From the NCBI RefSeq assembly GCF_001194135.2, contig NC_068986.1, positions 76,232,363-76,294,764 of the forward strand: 62,402 bases of DNA. Reading direction: 5' to 3'. The translations under genes and the position numbers were made by a program. Below, one piece after another: positions 27,016 to 41,100 of this stretch; the stretch's first letter is position 1; each line of letters starts with the position of its first letter. Under the pieces are notes generated by a model. That model was given only the letters and a program-made list of their open reading frames with translations. It was not told the DNA's origin and ran no database searches. The DNA comes from Octopus bimaculoides. Its lineage: Eukaryota.

Positions 27016-29930
27016 GGGGTGGGGGCAGAAAGAGAAAGAAAGAATAAGAAAATATGTGAAGTAGCCAGGTTGACACTGACACTTTTTCAAATTATATATC
27101 TAACTATGTTTGTATATATGTAGGCATGCACATTTGTAATTATGTATGTATGAATGTTGTATAAATGTATATACAGATGTGCTTATGTATGTATGCACAC
27201 ATGTATGTGTACTAGTGTCCCTATCATGGCAGTCTTAATAATGATAGGGAATACTTTTCACTAAAGAAACAACACAGTTTCTTTTCACTGTAATGTATAA
27301 TGTTTGATATATATATATATATATTGCATATATATATATTGCATCAGCATGGCCGCAGCTCTGAGCTGAAACTTTGAAATGAAATGGAAAAATATAAACA
27401 CACATGCAAAAATATATATAGATAGCCAGAGGGGAAGCAGATAAGAAAAAGTTTGCCAATGTTCAGCACCCGTGAGGACCAAAGACTCCAGGTATTTCAT
27501 GTTGCAAAACAGTGTGTGAGAGAGAATCGTGATGTCGTGGGAGAGAAATGTGTTCGCATGGATGATGGTACGCTTGCACTAAACGAGGCTGCAAAGAAAG
27601 TGGTTTGGAGACGCCACTACGAAAGATTGCTCAATAAAGAGAATGAATGGGAGAAAGAGAGTCTGCCGAATGTCGACCCAACAGAGGGACCAGCTATCCG
27701 AGTTGACGGTACCATGGTAGATAAAGCAATTAAGAGTATGAAGACAGGGAAGGCCCCCGGCCCATCAGGAATCACTGCAGAGATGCTCAAAATATCTGGC
27801 AGTGTTGGCTATAGCCTNNNNNNNNNNNNNNNNNNNNNNNNNNNNNNNNNNNNNNNNNNNNNNNNNNNNNNNNNNNNNNNNNNNNNNNNNNNNNNNNNNN
27901 NNNNNNNNNNNNNNNNNNNNNNNNNNNNNNNNNNNNNNNNNNNNNNNNNNNNNNNNNNNNNNNNNNNNNNNNNNNNGGAGCAAATCAATTTAGATGAAAT
28001 GCAGCTTGGGTTCGTGCCAGGTACAAGCACCACTGATGCCATATTTCTAGTAAGACAGCTTCAGGAGAAATACCTAGCCAAGGATAAACCTCTGTACCTG
28101 GCTTTCGTTGACATGGAGAAAGTCTTCGACAGGGTCCCTCGATATCTTATCTGGTGGTCAATGAGGAAACGAGGGATAGAAGAATAGCTAGTGAGAGCTG
28201 TGCGAGCCATGTACAGAGACGCTATCAGTAAGGTGAGGGTTGGCAATGAGTACAGTGAAGATTTCTGGGTGGAGGTAGGAGTCCACCAAGGTTCTGTCCT
28301 CAGCCCCCTCCTATTTATCATAGTCCTCCAGGCTATAACAGAGGAATTCAAGACAGGATGCTCCTGGGAGCTCCTCTATGCTGATGACCTTGTACTAATC
28401 GCTGAGTCACTATCAGAACTAGAGGAGAAGTTTCAGGTGTGGAAGCAAGGACTAGAATCGAAGGTCCTTAGAGTCAACCTAGCTAAAACCAAAGTCCTAA
28501 TAAGTAGGAAGGCAGACAAAACACAAATCCCTTCAGGTAGATGGCCCTGCTCGATCTGTAGAAAAGGCATGGGTAAAAATATTGAATGAATGTGTAAATG
28601 AGTGAATATTTCAGAAACCTGTATCTGTAACATAACTCTCAGACAGAACCAGTGTGTGATACTGTGATAAAGCAGGACTCTTAAATTACAGATACAACCC
28701 ATTCTTTGATTCACAACCCATTCAGTTCTACTTTGATTCACAAGACCTCCTGATAGCAAAATAAACTTCTTAATTACTCACTCATACTGCACCTATATGT
28801 ACACACACACACATATAGTCCTGTCAAAGGTCTCCTCTCTGTGTATAAAAATATTTTATACACTCTTATATTTTTTTAAAATATGTTGTCTTATGACTTT
28901 TATTTATGCATGCTAACCACTGGTTATAAATTATTTTAATTTATCACCCACATATTTACGATATATGTATGTATACATGGTAAAGGCACATGGCTCAGTG
29001 GTTAGAGCATCAGGTTCACAGTCATGAGGTAGTGAGTTTGATTCCCAGACTGGGCTGTGTGTTTGTGTTCTTGAGCAAGACACTTTATTTCACATTGCTC
29101 CAGTTAACTCATCTGTAGAAATGAGATGTGGCATCACTGGTGCCAAGCTGTATTAGCCTTTGCCTTTCCCTTGGATAACATCAGTGGTGTAGAGAGGGCA
29201 GGCTGGTATGCATGGGTGACCGCTGATCTTCCATAAACAACCTTGCCTGGACTTGTGCCTTGGAGGAGAACTTTCTAGGTGCAATCCCATCAAAGAGGAT
29301 CTTTATATATAAATATATATATATATANNNNNNNNNNNNNNNNNNNNNNNNNNNNNNNNNNNNNNNNNNNNNNNNNNNNNNNNNNNNNNNNNNNNNNNNN
29401 NNNNNNNNNNNNNNNNNNNNNNNNNNNNNNNNNNNNNNNNNNNNNNNNNNNNNNNNNNNNNNNNNNNNNNNNNNNNNNNNNNNNNNNNNNNNNNNNNNNN
29501 NNNNNNNNNNNNNNNNNNNNNNNNNNNNNNNNNNNNNNNNNNNNNNNNNNNNNNNNNNNNNNNNNNNNNNNNNNNNNNNNNNNNNNNNNNNNNNNNNNNN
29601 NNNNNNNNNNNNNNNNNNNNNNNNNNNNNNNNNNNNNNNNNNNNNNNNNNNNNNNNNNNNNNNNNNNNNNNNNNNNNNNNNNNNNNNNNNNNNNNNNNNN
29701 NNNNNNNNNNNNNNNNNNNNNNNNNNNNNNNNNNNNNNNNNNNNNNNNNNNNNNNNNNNNNNNNNNNNNNNNNNNNNNNNNNNNNNNNNNNNNNNNNNNN
29801 NNNNNNNNNNNNNNNNNNNNNNNNNNNNNNNNNNNNNNNNNNNNNNNNNNNNNNNNNNNNNNNNNNNNNNNNNNNNNNNNNNNNNNNNNNNNNNNNNNNN
29901 NNNNNNNNNNNNNNNNNNNNNNNNNNNNNN

Positions 29931-29970
<40 letters not shown>

Positions 29971-30764
29971 TTATAAAAAAGAAGTTTGAAAACGCCACTA
30001 TATAAAATAAATTTTAATTTATAATTTTCTCAGAGATATTTTACATGTTTCAGTTCTTGAAAAAACGAACCTTATCAAAAATACATATTTAAAAAAAAAT
30101 GTAATTAAAAGAAAAGTTCATAAATGTTTCTTACTGGTGTCAACATAGTCCACATGGGAGCGTTTTTTGTGTGGGGACATATATATGTATATACACATAC
30201 ATTTATATACCCCTACCTGTATGTAAGTATGCAAATAACACAGTTTTCTTTTTTCACAACCTCCACATTAAATTGGAGATCAAAATTACCTTTTGGTATC
30301 AATACTGCTTCTTTCACTATTAATTATTTTTTAATAAGCCCACTGACTATTTGAGACACCAGTGCCTTAATAGACACAGATTCTATATATCATTGAAAGG
30401 AGTTTTGGCCGTTATTGCACAGCTGGACATCTCTCACCAAGGGACCCATAGCAGCAAGAAACCACATGATCTGGTAGTTCTAGTGACCATAACAGACGAT
30501 TCTCATCTGTCAACGATATAATTACATGTACTTTTGTGCACCACAAGTCCATATGAGAGATCTTCTCAAGATAAATAATGCAGTATTCTGTGTTCTAACA
30601 CAACCTTCATGTTAAGTTGGAGATTAAAATTACCTTTTGTATGTATGTATGTATAGAGGTACATATGAAGCTGAATTAAAACTGTTTTAAAGAATAATAC
30701 ATTTAACTCCTACTAAATGTGTTGAGTACCTTTTGTTTTTGTTTTTTTTGTTTGCCCACTTATT

Positions 30765-30796
<32 letters not shown>

Positions 30797-31072
30797 CATA
30801 CGTGCATGTAGGGGCAAACATGGCTGTGTGGTTAAGAAGTTTGCTTTCAAAATGCATGGTCTTGGGCTAAGTCTCTGTGTGTGGCACCTTGGGCAAGTGT
30901 CTTCTAATATAGCCACAGAATGGATATGGTACTGAGTGGATATGTGTGTGTCTGAGTGTCGATGTATGTGTTGTGTGCGTGTGTGTGTGTTTGTGTGTAA
31001 AAATCTATGTATGTGTGTATGTGGGAATGTAAGTGCGTCTCTTTGTCTAGAAATGATGTCAAAACAAGGATT

Positions 31073-31130
<58 letters not shown>

Positions 31131-32101
31131 ATAGTTGTAAATGATTTCACTGTCATAAAAACAGTGTCATTCATTTCCAGTATTCTGTGAAAACATGTCT
31201 GTCCATAAAGAAATATTAGCTTACTTGGAAACAGATGAGGATAGGTGACAGATAAGCCATAGGAAATCCACCTCATTTTAACTCCAGCCAACCCATACAA
31301 ACAAAGAAAAGCAAACATTAAAATGATTATATGTGTGTGTGTGTGTGTGAATTGTGAATGCATATGTGTATGTATGCACACATATATACACATGTGTATA
31401 TATACATATACACACACAGGCTGTACAAAAATAGGTATAAACTATGTAACTAAAACAAGCCATGCAGATAACTAGAAAAGTATGATTATTACAATAGCTT
31501 TATTAAATCACAATAAGGATGACATACAAATAAATTACAATAAAGATGACATACTTATAACAATTAAACAAAGAAAATACAAGTGCTCAGATTCTCAAAT
31601 TGCAATTAAATACAATCTCTTCAGTGTTCAACTGATCTATCTAAGTATTTGCACATTCCTATAGTCAAGTTTCTATACTCAAATAAACTTTGATACAGTG
31701 TCCTTCATTATCATTAATCTTTTGGCATGCCTCTCTTATGAATTCAATAATGTCATCAAAAGTGTGTACTTTTCTTGAAATTATTCTTTCTATGTTTGAT
31801 AACACCCTCAAAAGAAGTTCATTAAGGTGTTGTCTGATATTTATGATGGCAATTCAACTAGCCATCATTAACCAAACTACCTACCAGGTAAATCTTTGTT
31901 AATGCATATATTGTTATAATCTTTATTATACCTACTTTTGCACTCTTACACACACATACACATGTCATAACTTGCTTGAAGATCCTGTGCACTCATAGGT
32001 GTAACTCAGAGTAGCAAGAGACTGATTCGACCAAAATAAAAACATTATTCATCTCTACTATAGTACCAAGTACTCTTTCTTCCAACAGTCAACACTAAAC
32101 A

Positions 32102-32178
<77 letters not shown>

Positions 32179-35131
32179 GTACATACACACATATATACAC
32201 ATGTATTATGTATATTTGTGTTGTGTGTATTTTTATGTGTGTGTGTGTGTGTGTGTGTGAATGTGTATATGTGTAGGTGTGAACAGGGAACACAACAGCA
32301 TTCAGTTCAGCGTGTTTGAGTGTGTATAAGCACAAGTGTGTGAGTTTGTGCTTAAGTATGTGTATGATATATGATATTTCTAGGTAGAACAACGGACTGT
32401 ATGCAGAAAATGTAACTTGAATGCCATGCTGCGACAGTTGAATTCCTTAGTGAGGGAGCATAGCAGCTGAAATAAGTTTATCTTCACAACTAGGTTAGTT
32501 AGCAACTTGTGGGTCAAATCTAAGGGCAAGGTCAGTGTAAATGTGAAGGTCACCTTTAGCAAAGAGAAAGCCATCTCATTTGTAGAAAGTCACAGTAAGA
32601 AGAGTTGTATATGAGCCATTGAGCCATGGTTATATATAGTAGAGTACAATTTGCTACAGGAATGACAGTGATAAATTTAGTATATACTGATGCAGTAATG
32701 GTGTGTGTGTGTGTGATAGAGTTATGATATTGATATGAAAAGATATTTAGTATAAGAATATATATTGCTACAGTAAGGACATATTAGTGTAGTAAGGATA
32801 TATTGGTATAGTAATGACATGGATACAGAAAGGATAAATTGATACAGTAAGGATACATTTGTACAGTAATGACACATGGGGCTTTTCAGGGGCTGCTGAA
32901 AAGTTCCTGGCTTTAAGAGTATCACGAAAGGCCTGGGTGGAGGTCCAACCTTCCAAGTTTTTTTACAGGGCTTAGAAAAACTGAAGGAGCGCTGCAATAA
33001 GTGTGTGAATCTGAGAGGGGAATATGTTGAATGGAATCATAATTAACTGATCCTCTTGTATTTTATTTTACCAAAAGCTAGGAACTTTTCAGCACTCCCT
33101 CATATTAGTAGAGTAAGGATAAATTTGTACAATAAGGAAATACTGGTACAGTAATGCTATTTGGTATAGAAAGGATATATCAGTACAGTAATGACCTAAT
33201 GGTAGAGTAAGGCTAAATTTGCATGGTAATGACATAGTAACAATATATTAGTATAGTAATAAAAACAATGGTTTCAAATGTTAGCAGAAGGCTAGCAATT
33301 TTAGAAAGAGTGGGTAAGTTGATTACATAATNNNNNNNNNNNNNNNNNNNNNNNNNNNNNNNNNNNNNNNNNNNNNNNNNNNNNNNNNNNNNNNNNNNNN
33401 NNNNNNNNNNNNNNNNNNNNNNNNNNNNNNNNNNNNNNNNNNNNNNNNNNNNNNNNNNNNNNNNNNNNNNNNNNNNNNNNNNNNNNNNNNNNNNNNNNNN
33501 NNNNNNNNNNNNNNNNNNNNNNNNNNNNNNNNNNNNNNNNNNNNNNNNNNNNNNNNNNNNNNNNNNNNNNNNNNNNNNNNNNNNNNNNNNNNNNNNNNNN
33601 NNNNNNNNNNNNNNNNNNNNNNNNNNNNNNNNNNNNNNNNNNNNNNNNNNNNNNNNNNNNNNNNNNNNNNNNNNNNNNNNNNNNNNNNNNNNNNNNNNNN
33701 NNNNNNNNNNNNNNNNNNNNNNNNNNNNNNNNNNNNNNNNNNNNNNNNNNNNNNNNNNNNNNNNNNNNNNNNNNNNNNNNNNNNNNNNNNNNNNNNNNNN
33801 NNNNNNNNNNNNNNNNNNNNNNNNNNNNNNNNNNNNNNNNNNNNNNNNNNNNNNNNNNNNNNNNNNNNNNNNNNNNNNNNNNNNNNNNNNNNNNNNNNNN
33901 NNNNNNNNNNNNNNNNNNNNNNNNNNNNNNNNNNNNNNNNNNNNNNNNNNNNNNNNNNNNNNNNNNNNNNNNNNNNNNNNNNNNNNNNNNNNNNNNNNNN
34001 NNNNNNNNNNNNNNNNNNNNNNNNNNNNNNNNNNNNNNNNNNNNNNNNNNNNNNNNNNNNNNNNNNNNNNNNNNNNNNNNNNNNNNNNNNNNNNNNNNNN
34101 NNNNNNNNNNNNNNNNNNNNNNNNNNNNNNNNNNNNNNNNNNNNNNNNNNNNNNNNNNNNNNNNNNNNNNNNNNNNNNNNNNNTATTACTAAGAAGACAA
34201 GTATCTTTGTAATTTCTGCTGCTACTTAATTTTGAGTATTAAGATAAGTCTGTGTAGATCCTCTGCGGCACTGATTACTGCTGTCTCTTGGAATCTGCGA
34301 TGTTGTCACCTCCTACTATTAAATAGTCTTTTTTTTTTCTTGGTGGAGGTATTTTATCTTCTTTTTTTTTTTTTTCTGTTAATCATAGGTGCAGATATAG
34401 TTGTGTGATTAAGAAGCTCATTTTGCAACCACATGGTTTCAGGTTCAATCCCAGTGAACAGCACATTGGGCAAGTGTTTTCAACTATAGCCTCAGACCAA
34501 CCAATGCTTTGAGTGAACTTGGTAGATAAACTATGCAGTGGAAGCTTGCTGTATGTACATACATACATGTGTGTGTGTGTGTGTTTCTCTGTATGTATGT
34601 GTGTGTGTATGTATGTATGTGTGTGTGTGTATGTATGTATGTTCTCTTTTTAATTGTAGAGAAAATTTTGACTGGCCACCTACTTAGTAGCAAGGTTGTG
34701 AAGGAAAACATCTTATTGTAACCATTGTCCTTTAACTCTTAAGGTCTTGCAAATTTTTGTAGCCTTTGATATTGTGATCATTTGTAGAGCACGAATTAAG
34801 GATTTGCATTCTCTCCAAGTTCAGCCATACTTTGCTCCAGACTAGTTGGTATGTATCCTGGTGTGAGTGTGTGTGTGCACGCGTGTGTATGTACATATGT
34901 GTGTCTTGTACTTGTGTTTGTCCTCCACCACACAACAACTGGTACTGGTTTGTTTACATGCCTGAAACTTAGCAGTTCAGCAGAAGAGACTGATAGAATA
35001 AGTTCCAGACTTAAAAAAACAAATAATTACTAGGGCTAATCTATTTGACTACACCCCTTGAAGGCAGTACCCCAGCATGGCTGCAATCTAATGATTGAAA
35101 CAAGTAAAAGATAAAACAATGATACTGATAT

Positions 35132-35171
<40 letters not shown>

Positions 35172-38100
35172 NNNNNNNNNNNNNNNNNNNNNNNNNNNNN
35201 NNNNNNNNNNNNNNNNNNNNNNNNNNNNNNNNNNNNNNNNNNNNNNNNNNNNNNNNNNNNNNNNNNNNNNNNNNNNNNNNNNNNNNNNNNNNNNNNNNNN
35301 NNNNNNNNNNNNNNNNNNNNNNNNNNNNNNNNNNNNNNNNNNNNNNNNNNNNNNNNNNNNNNNNNNNNNNNNNNNNNNNNNNNNNNNNNNNNNNNNNNNN
35401 NNNNNNNNNNNNNNNNNNNNNNNNNNNNNNNNNNNNNNNNNNNNNNNNNNNNNNNNNNNNNNNNNNNNNNNNNNNNNNNNNNNNNNNNNNNNNNNNNNNN
35501 NNNNNNNNNNNNNNNNGACTGAGCTATGCGGGCGGGCTGTTTGTCTTTTTTTTTGTTTTATCTTTCCTTCCACATCTTTTCACAGCTGATTTTGATGTTT
35601 TTACAGAACAAAATATCTTATGCGCAGCAAAATTCCTTTGCAACAACAAAATGTTTATGCACATGTAAAGTTAAGGTCAGATGTACTAGAATATTTGGTA
35701 AAAGCTGGAGGTAAAGTACATGTGATCTTAAATATATATATATATATACTTATATAAACAATCACTACTAGTCCATAATATAATAATATAAAGCCTAAAT
35801 AGATTACTAAAGTAGAGCAGGGGAAATATATGTATGTATGTGTGAGTGCGTGCGTACTTGACACCAGAACAAATATATAATGGCAACTAGTGAAGTGGGG
35901 AGGGATAAGGTGATGGTAGAGTTATAAGTGGTATTTGGCAGATGGCAACAGCAGCAGTAGCAGCAGTAGACTGGTATTGTTGTTCTTAAATTAATCTTTT
36001 CAAATCTACAGTTGCTATTGGCTACTATACAAGCAATATCTATTCTGAAGACTGGGTGGGTGGAATTACTCAGGGACCCATTCTACATAACTACGTTTTT
36101 CATGAAGAATGTCTCCCAGCACAGTTTCTCCAGTCATTCAAAATATTCCACTTGTTTTTATGTTTAAACTGACCAGATTCAACCTTTCCCACCTACCCTA
36201 CAATGTCATTCTAAGAATAAAACAATCACATCATTGCAATCTTGAAGCTACGAGATAACTTTACTGTTATAGGCAGCAGAAGTTTGTTCATTAGTTCATT
36301 GAACATCTATGATAACATGGATTAGACAGAGAGTTATTTAAGGCAAGATTTTTCCAGTTAGATGCTCTTCCTGCCACCAACCCTCATCTGTTTTCCAAGT
36401 AAGGGATTTTCTTTTATATTGTACAAGTCTTTAAGCACAGAGCAGCTGGTCATAATGACACAAGGTATGTTAAACATCAACACCACCTTGCTCAAATGAT
36501 GACAAGCAAAATATCAACAAACATGCACATTAACACACACACACACACACACACATGCAAGCACACGCATGCACAAACACACACACTTTATGACCATATC
36601 ACATTGAAAGCATCAGCTCTTGTCCAATCACTGTAGTTAAACAATGCCAAATCTAGTAAGCACTGAGATGCAACAACTTGGGAAACCTAAGCAAAACCTT
36701 CAGTTAGTTAGGCACAAACATTTTGCTGTGGTTAAGAAGCCTGCCTTTCAACCATGGCACCTTGAGCAAATGTCTTTCACTATGGCCCAGGCCTGACCAA
36801 AGTCTAGTGAGTGGATTTGGTAAACAGAAACTGAAAGAAACTTATAATATGTGTGTGTGTGTGTCCCAGCATGTGCTGGTTCTAAGCGAGAGTCCTTGTC
36901 ATTTAAGTAATGTTCGAGTTTTATGCAAAAAAAACATGTCTGGACATGCAAAAAACATGCCTGCAAAAAAGACATTTCTGGGGGAATATTACTTTGCTTG
37001 GAAACAATGAGGGTTGGTGATTTGGTGATAGAGGGGCATTCAGCTATAGAAAATTCACCTCAAAGAATTCTGCCAGCTCCATGCAAGCTTGGAAAAGTGA
37101 ACTTTAAAATGGTATCAGTGACAACAATGTTGATTGATAACAACAACAACAAGACAGGCCTAACCCTTTAGCATTTAAACTGGCCATATCTGGCTCCAAT
37201 ATTCTATTTGTTTTATGATCAAAATGACCAGATCTGGCCTCTCACACCTACCCTACAGTAGCATTCTAAGAATAAACAGTGACATCATCAAAATCTTGAA
37301 GCTATGATGTATTGCTTGATTCATTCGAAACAAAATGAATGAATAAGCATTAGTTTTGACAGAGTAATCTGAATGCTAAAGGGTTAATATTGTTTATTAT
37401 TTCTTTACTGCCCACAAGGGGTTACACACAGAGGGGACAAACAAGGACAGACAAACGGATTAAGTCAATTATATCGACCCCAGTGCGTAACTGGTACTTA
37501 TTTAATCGACCCCGAAAGGATGAAAGACAAAGTCGACCACGGTGGAATTTGAACTCAGAACGTAGCGGCAGGCAAAATACCGCTAAGCATTTCGCCCGGC
37601 ATGCTAAGGTTTCTGCCAGCTCACTACCTTTAAAGGGTTAATATTGTTTCTGTCTATTAAAGGGTTAATATTGTTTAAAGGGTTAATATTGTTTCTGTCT
37701 ACCAAATTCACTTACAAAGCTTTGATTGGTCTGGGGTGGTAGCAGAAGCTATTTGTCCAAGTTGCTGTACAGAAGAGCTGAATCCAAAACTACATGGTAG
37801 CAAAGCAAGCTTCTAAACGTCTTAACACTGCTATGTCTCTGCCTGTATTGTGTAATTAATATGTGTATTTCTTAGCTTGTACTGATGAGTTCAAATTTAC
37901 ATAGGGATAGGTTCCACCAGTCTTAGATGCATTACATGATGATAAAAGCCTTCAGTGATGTCCAAATCACTTTACAGTTTACATGACATCAACATGTGTT
38001 TAAATTTTAAATCCTCTTGTTAACTATTTAAATTAAAAGAGAAAGAGAATTGGCCGTGTTTAATCTTAAGATGGAATACAGCTATGACATCAGGAATGGT

Positions 38101-41100
38101 GCTGCATTTTCACATTCTGGCATCTTAGACACCTGAGTGGCATGAAGTTTCTCACCAACATGCTATTTCCTCACTCTGGTTCTTTCTGTAGTGGTCTCTG
38201 TTCCTTGAAGCTTGCTGGTCTCATCACCGGCACCCAGGTCCGCCTGCCTCAATTCTCTCCCCTTTCTTTAACCACCCATATTGTGTCTGCTGCAGCCTTA
38301 GTCTCCTGTATGTTTTACATTTAATACATTAAAAGTATAATTTAAGCAATACTGACTTAATAATAATCAATCTATATAGAATACTTCTATAATTCTATAG
38401 AACATCCTGACACATTGTGGTTAGTAACATATTAACTCCAAATTAACAGTGACAAATTCAATTTCAGTGGAGGTTAACATTTAAATTCACAAAGCAGAGA
38501 GATAAATTGATGTTTCCAATAAATTCGTTTTGTAACTATTTTTGATTTCTAGTTGGTAATGTCTTTGGCAAGAATCTTGAAATCAAACAGAGCTGGTTTC
38601 CCTCTCCAGTTAGGTTTTTAATTGATTTATAATTAATAAAACAAAATCACTTTAGATTGCTTTCTGCAGTATTTCTTAAATATATAGCTTCATACTTTCT
38701 GACAGGTGAAATACACAGTAAAATAATGTTATATTCCTCCTTTATTTTAAACTCAGATTAATCGGAATTTAGCCTTCATTTCAGCTCAGATTAGATAGAA
38801 TAAAAGTTGATGATTACAGGGTAGATCAAAGACATATTAGCTATTGTTATTATTAATATAATCATCATAAAGGGTGGTAGATTGGCAGAATCAATTAGTT
38901 CATTAAAAGAAATGCTTTGCAATATTTGTTCAGGCTCTTTATGTTCTGAGTTCAAATCCTGCCAAGGTCAACTTCTCCTTTCATCCCCACAAGGTTGATA
39001 AAATAAGGTATTAGTCAACAACTGGCATCAATGGTTTCGACTGACTCCCTCCCCACAAAATTATTGGCTTTGTGCCCAAATTAGAAACAGTATTTATTAT
39101 CATTATAGGATTAGTGATTATTTTAACCGACTAGCAAGATTTAGTAATGTATGAAAGCAGCTCATTTTCATACATTGCTATTCTACATCTTTTTGCAACG
39201 TGATTTAATACGTTATCTTAAATCAATCCAGTTTACATCTTATAACTGCCCAGGAGTATCCAATTAAAATGTCAGAAACGTCAGTAATTCATTAAATATT
39301 CACACACAATAAAACACATGGCATTAAGGTCTTGCATGAGTAATATGATGAGCTGAAATTCTTTGATTAACTAAGATCATCCCAGCAATTAGAAGATAAG
39401 ACTCTTTCTATGAGTAGTTAAAATCTAAAAGCAAGCAAATGAGATAACTAATATAATCCAATCAATGTTTTTGGAAAATGAAGACAATGCAATTATGAGA
39501 AGATCCTGTCTTAATAGTCAACTAGTAAAAGCAACAGGCATGTTTTCATCATCATAATCACTATCATCAACATCTAATGCTTGTTTTCCATGTTGGCATG
39601 GACTGGACAGCTTGGCATGAACTGGCAAGGCCAGGCTCCATAGTTTGTTTTGGCTTGGTTTTTATGGTTGAATGCCCCTCCTAATGCCAACCACTTTACA
39701 GAGTGTACTGGGTGTTTTTACATGGCACCAGTACCCACACCAATGGTACCGAGTAAAAAGCATTGGTGTTGGTGCAAACAAGACTTGTGTGTGTGTGTGT
39801 GTGTGTGTGTGCATGCGCACGTGTGTATGTGAGAAAGAGAGAGAGAGAGAGTGAGAGTAAAGTCATTAACTTGGATAGTGATAATTCACTGAGGACACAT
39901 ACAAACAAATAAATGGCTACTCTAGTTGTAATAAGATTAATGACTTATAATAATTTAAAAAAAAAAACAAATCAGAAAGTATAATGTAGTTGCTAAATTT
40001 TACTTATGTAGCTGATCTATTAATTAATTAGGTATGTGATTAACTATTGTTCAAATAGTATAGAGGAATAAATTAATTCCATTCTAAATCTAATACGACC
40101 AAAAAAGAACAATGATCATTTATCAGATTTAACTAATCTGATTTAACTATACAGAATGTAACAATTACAATATTTTAAAATATCAATTATGAGCTGGGAA
40201 AAAAAAAAATGTTACGACTTATAATTTTGTTTAGTCATTCATTGGTTGTTTTGAAATGCAAGAGAAAACTGAATCTATGCATAAAGCTAGCACATAAGGC
40301 AAAGTGCCAAACTTTTTCACAATTGTGTGTGGGCTGGTTTCAAAACAGGTAGTTTAGGTACCATGTTACTAGATCTTGGGTGGATTTCCCAACTAGCCAC
40401 CCACTTAAATAGTAAAGTTGGCACATGTACAGCACCAATTCTAATTCTACAAGAAACTAAAAAGGTTTGGTTCATCATTTAACATAATTCAAAAATCTAT
40501 GGTGACAGCAGTCTGTTTTGTTCTGCTTTTTTTCTATTTAATGATTTAGATTAAAACATGTAACTTGTTGCTGTTCTTTTTATTCTGCTGACATATTTGT
40601 TTTCAGGATAGCCAATTTCCATTCCTTACATTTTACACAAACAATGAAAATATATTACATTTATGTATTTGTTTAGCAAGATTCCTGATATGAAATCATG
40701 TGTTGAAACAGATGTTGTTATACTTGGGGATGGTCATCTTTTGCCAATTAAACACATGCACTATATGTCTGGTCTTCACTTCAACTTTACAATTATTCAT
40801 ATTTTAGTATCCTTTGTCAGAAATATTTCATTGCACATCCTGAGACCTCATCAAATACTCTTCATCCCACATGTCACCTCCTACTCTGTTTAGTCCATTC
40901 TGCCTTTCTGTGGTGAGGGACTAAACAGAACAGAAGGAGACACATTGGATGGAGAATCACTGAAGAGGTCAGAAGATGTGTGACAAAAGATTTCAGACAA
41001 AGGACACTAAAATAAGAATAATTATTAAGTTGAAATGAAGACCAAGTATATAACGCATGTAGTTAACTGGCAAAAAATATAAGCATCCCCAACTATAACA

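Noticed and set aside
28985-29060. tRNA-like box A/box B sequences (also in other SINE heads)
   Set aside because: They continue into SINE bodies and do not form a complete cloverleaf; not tRNA genes.
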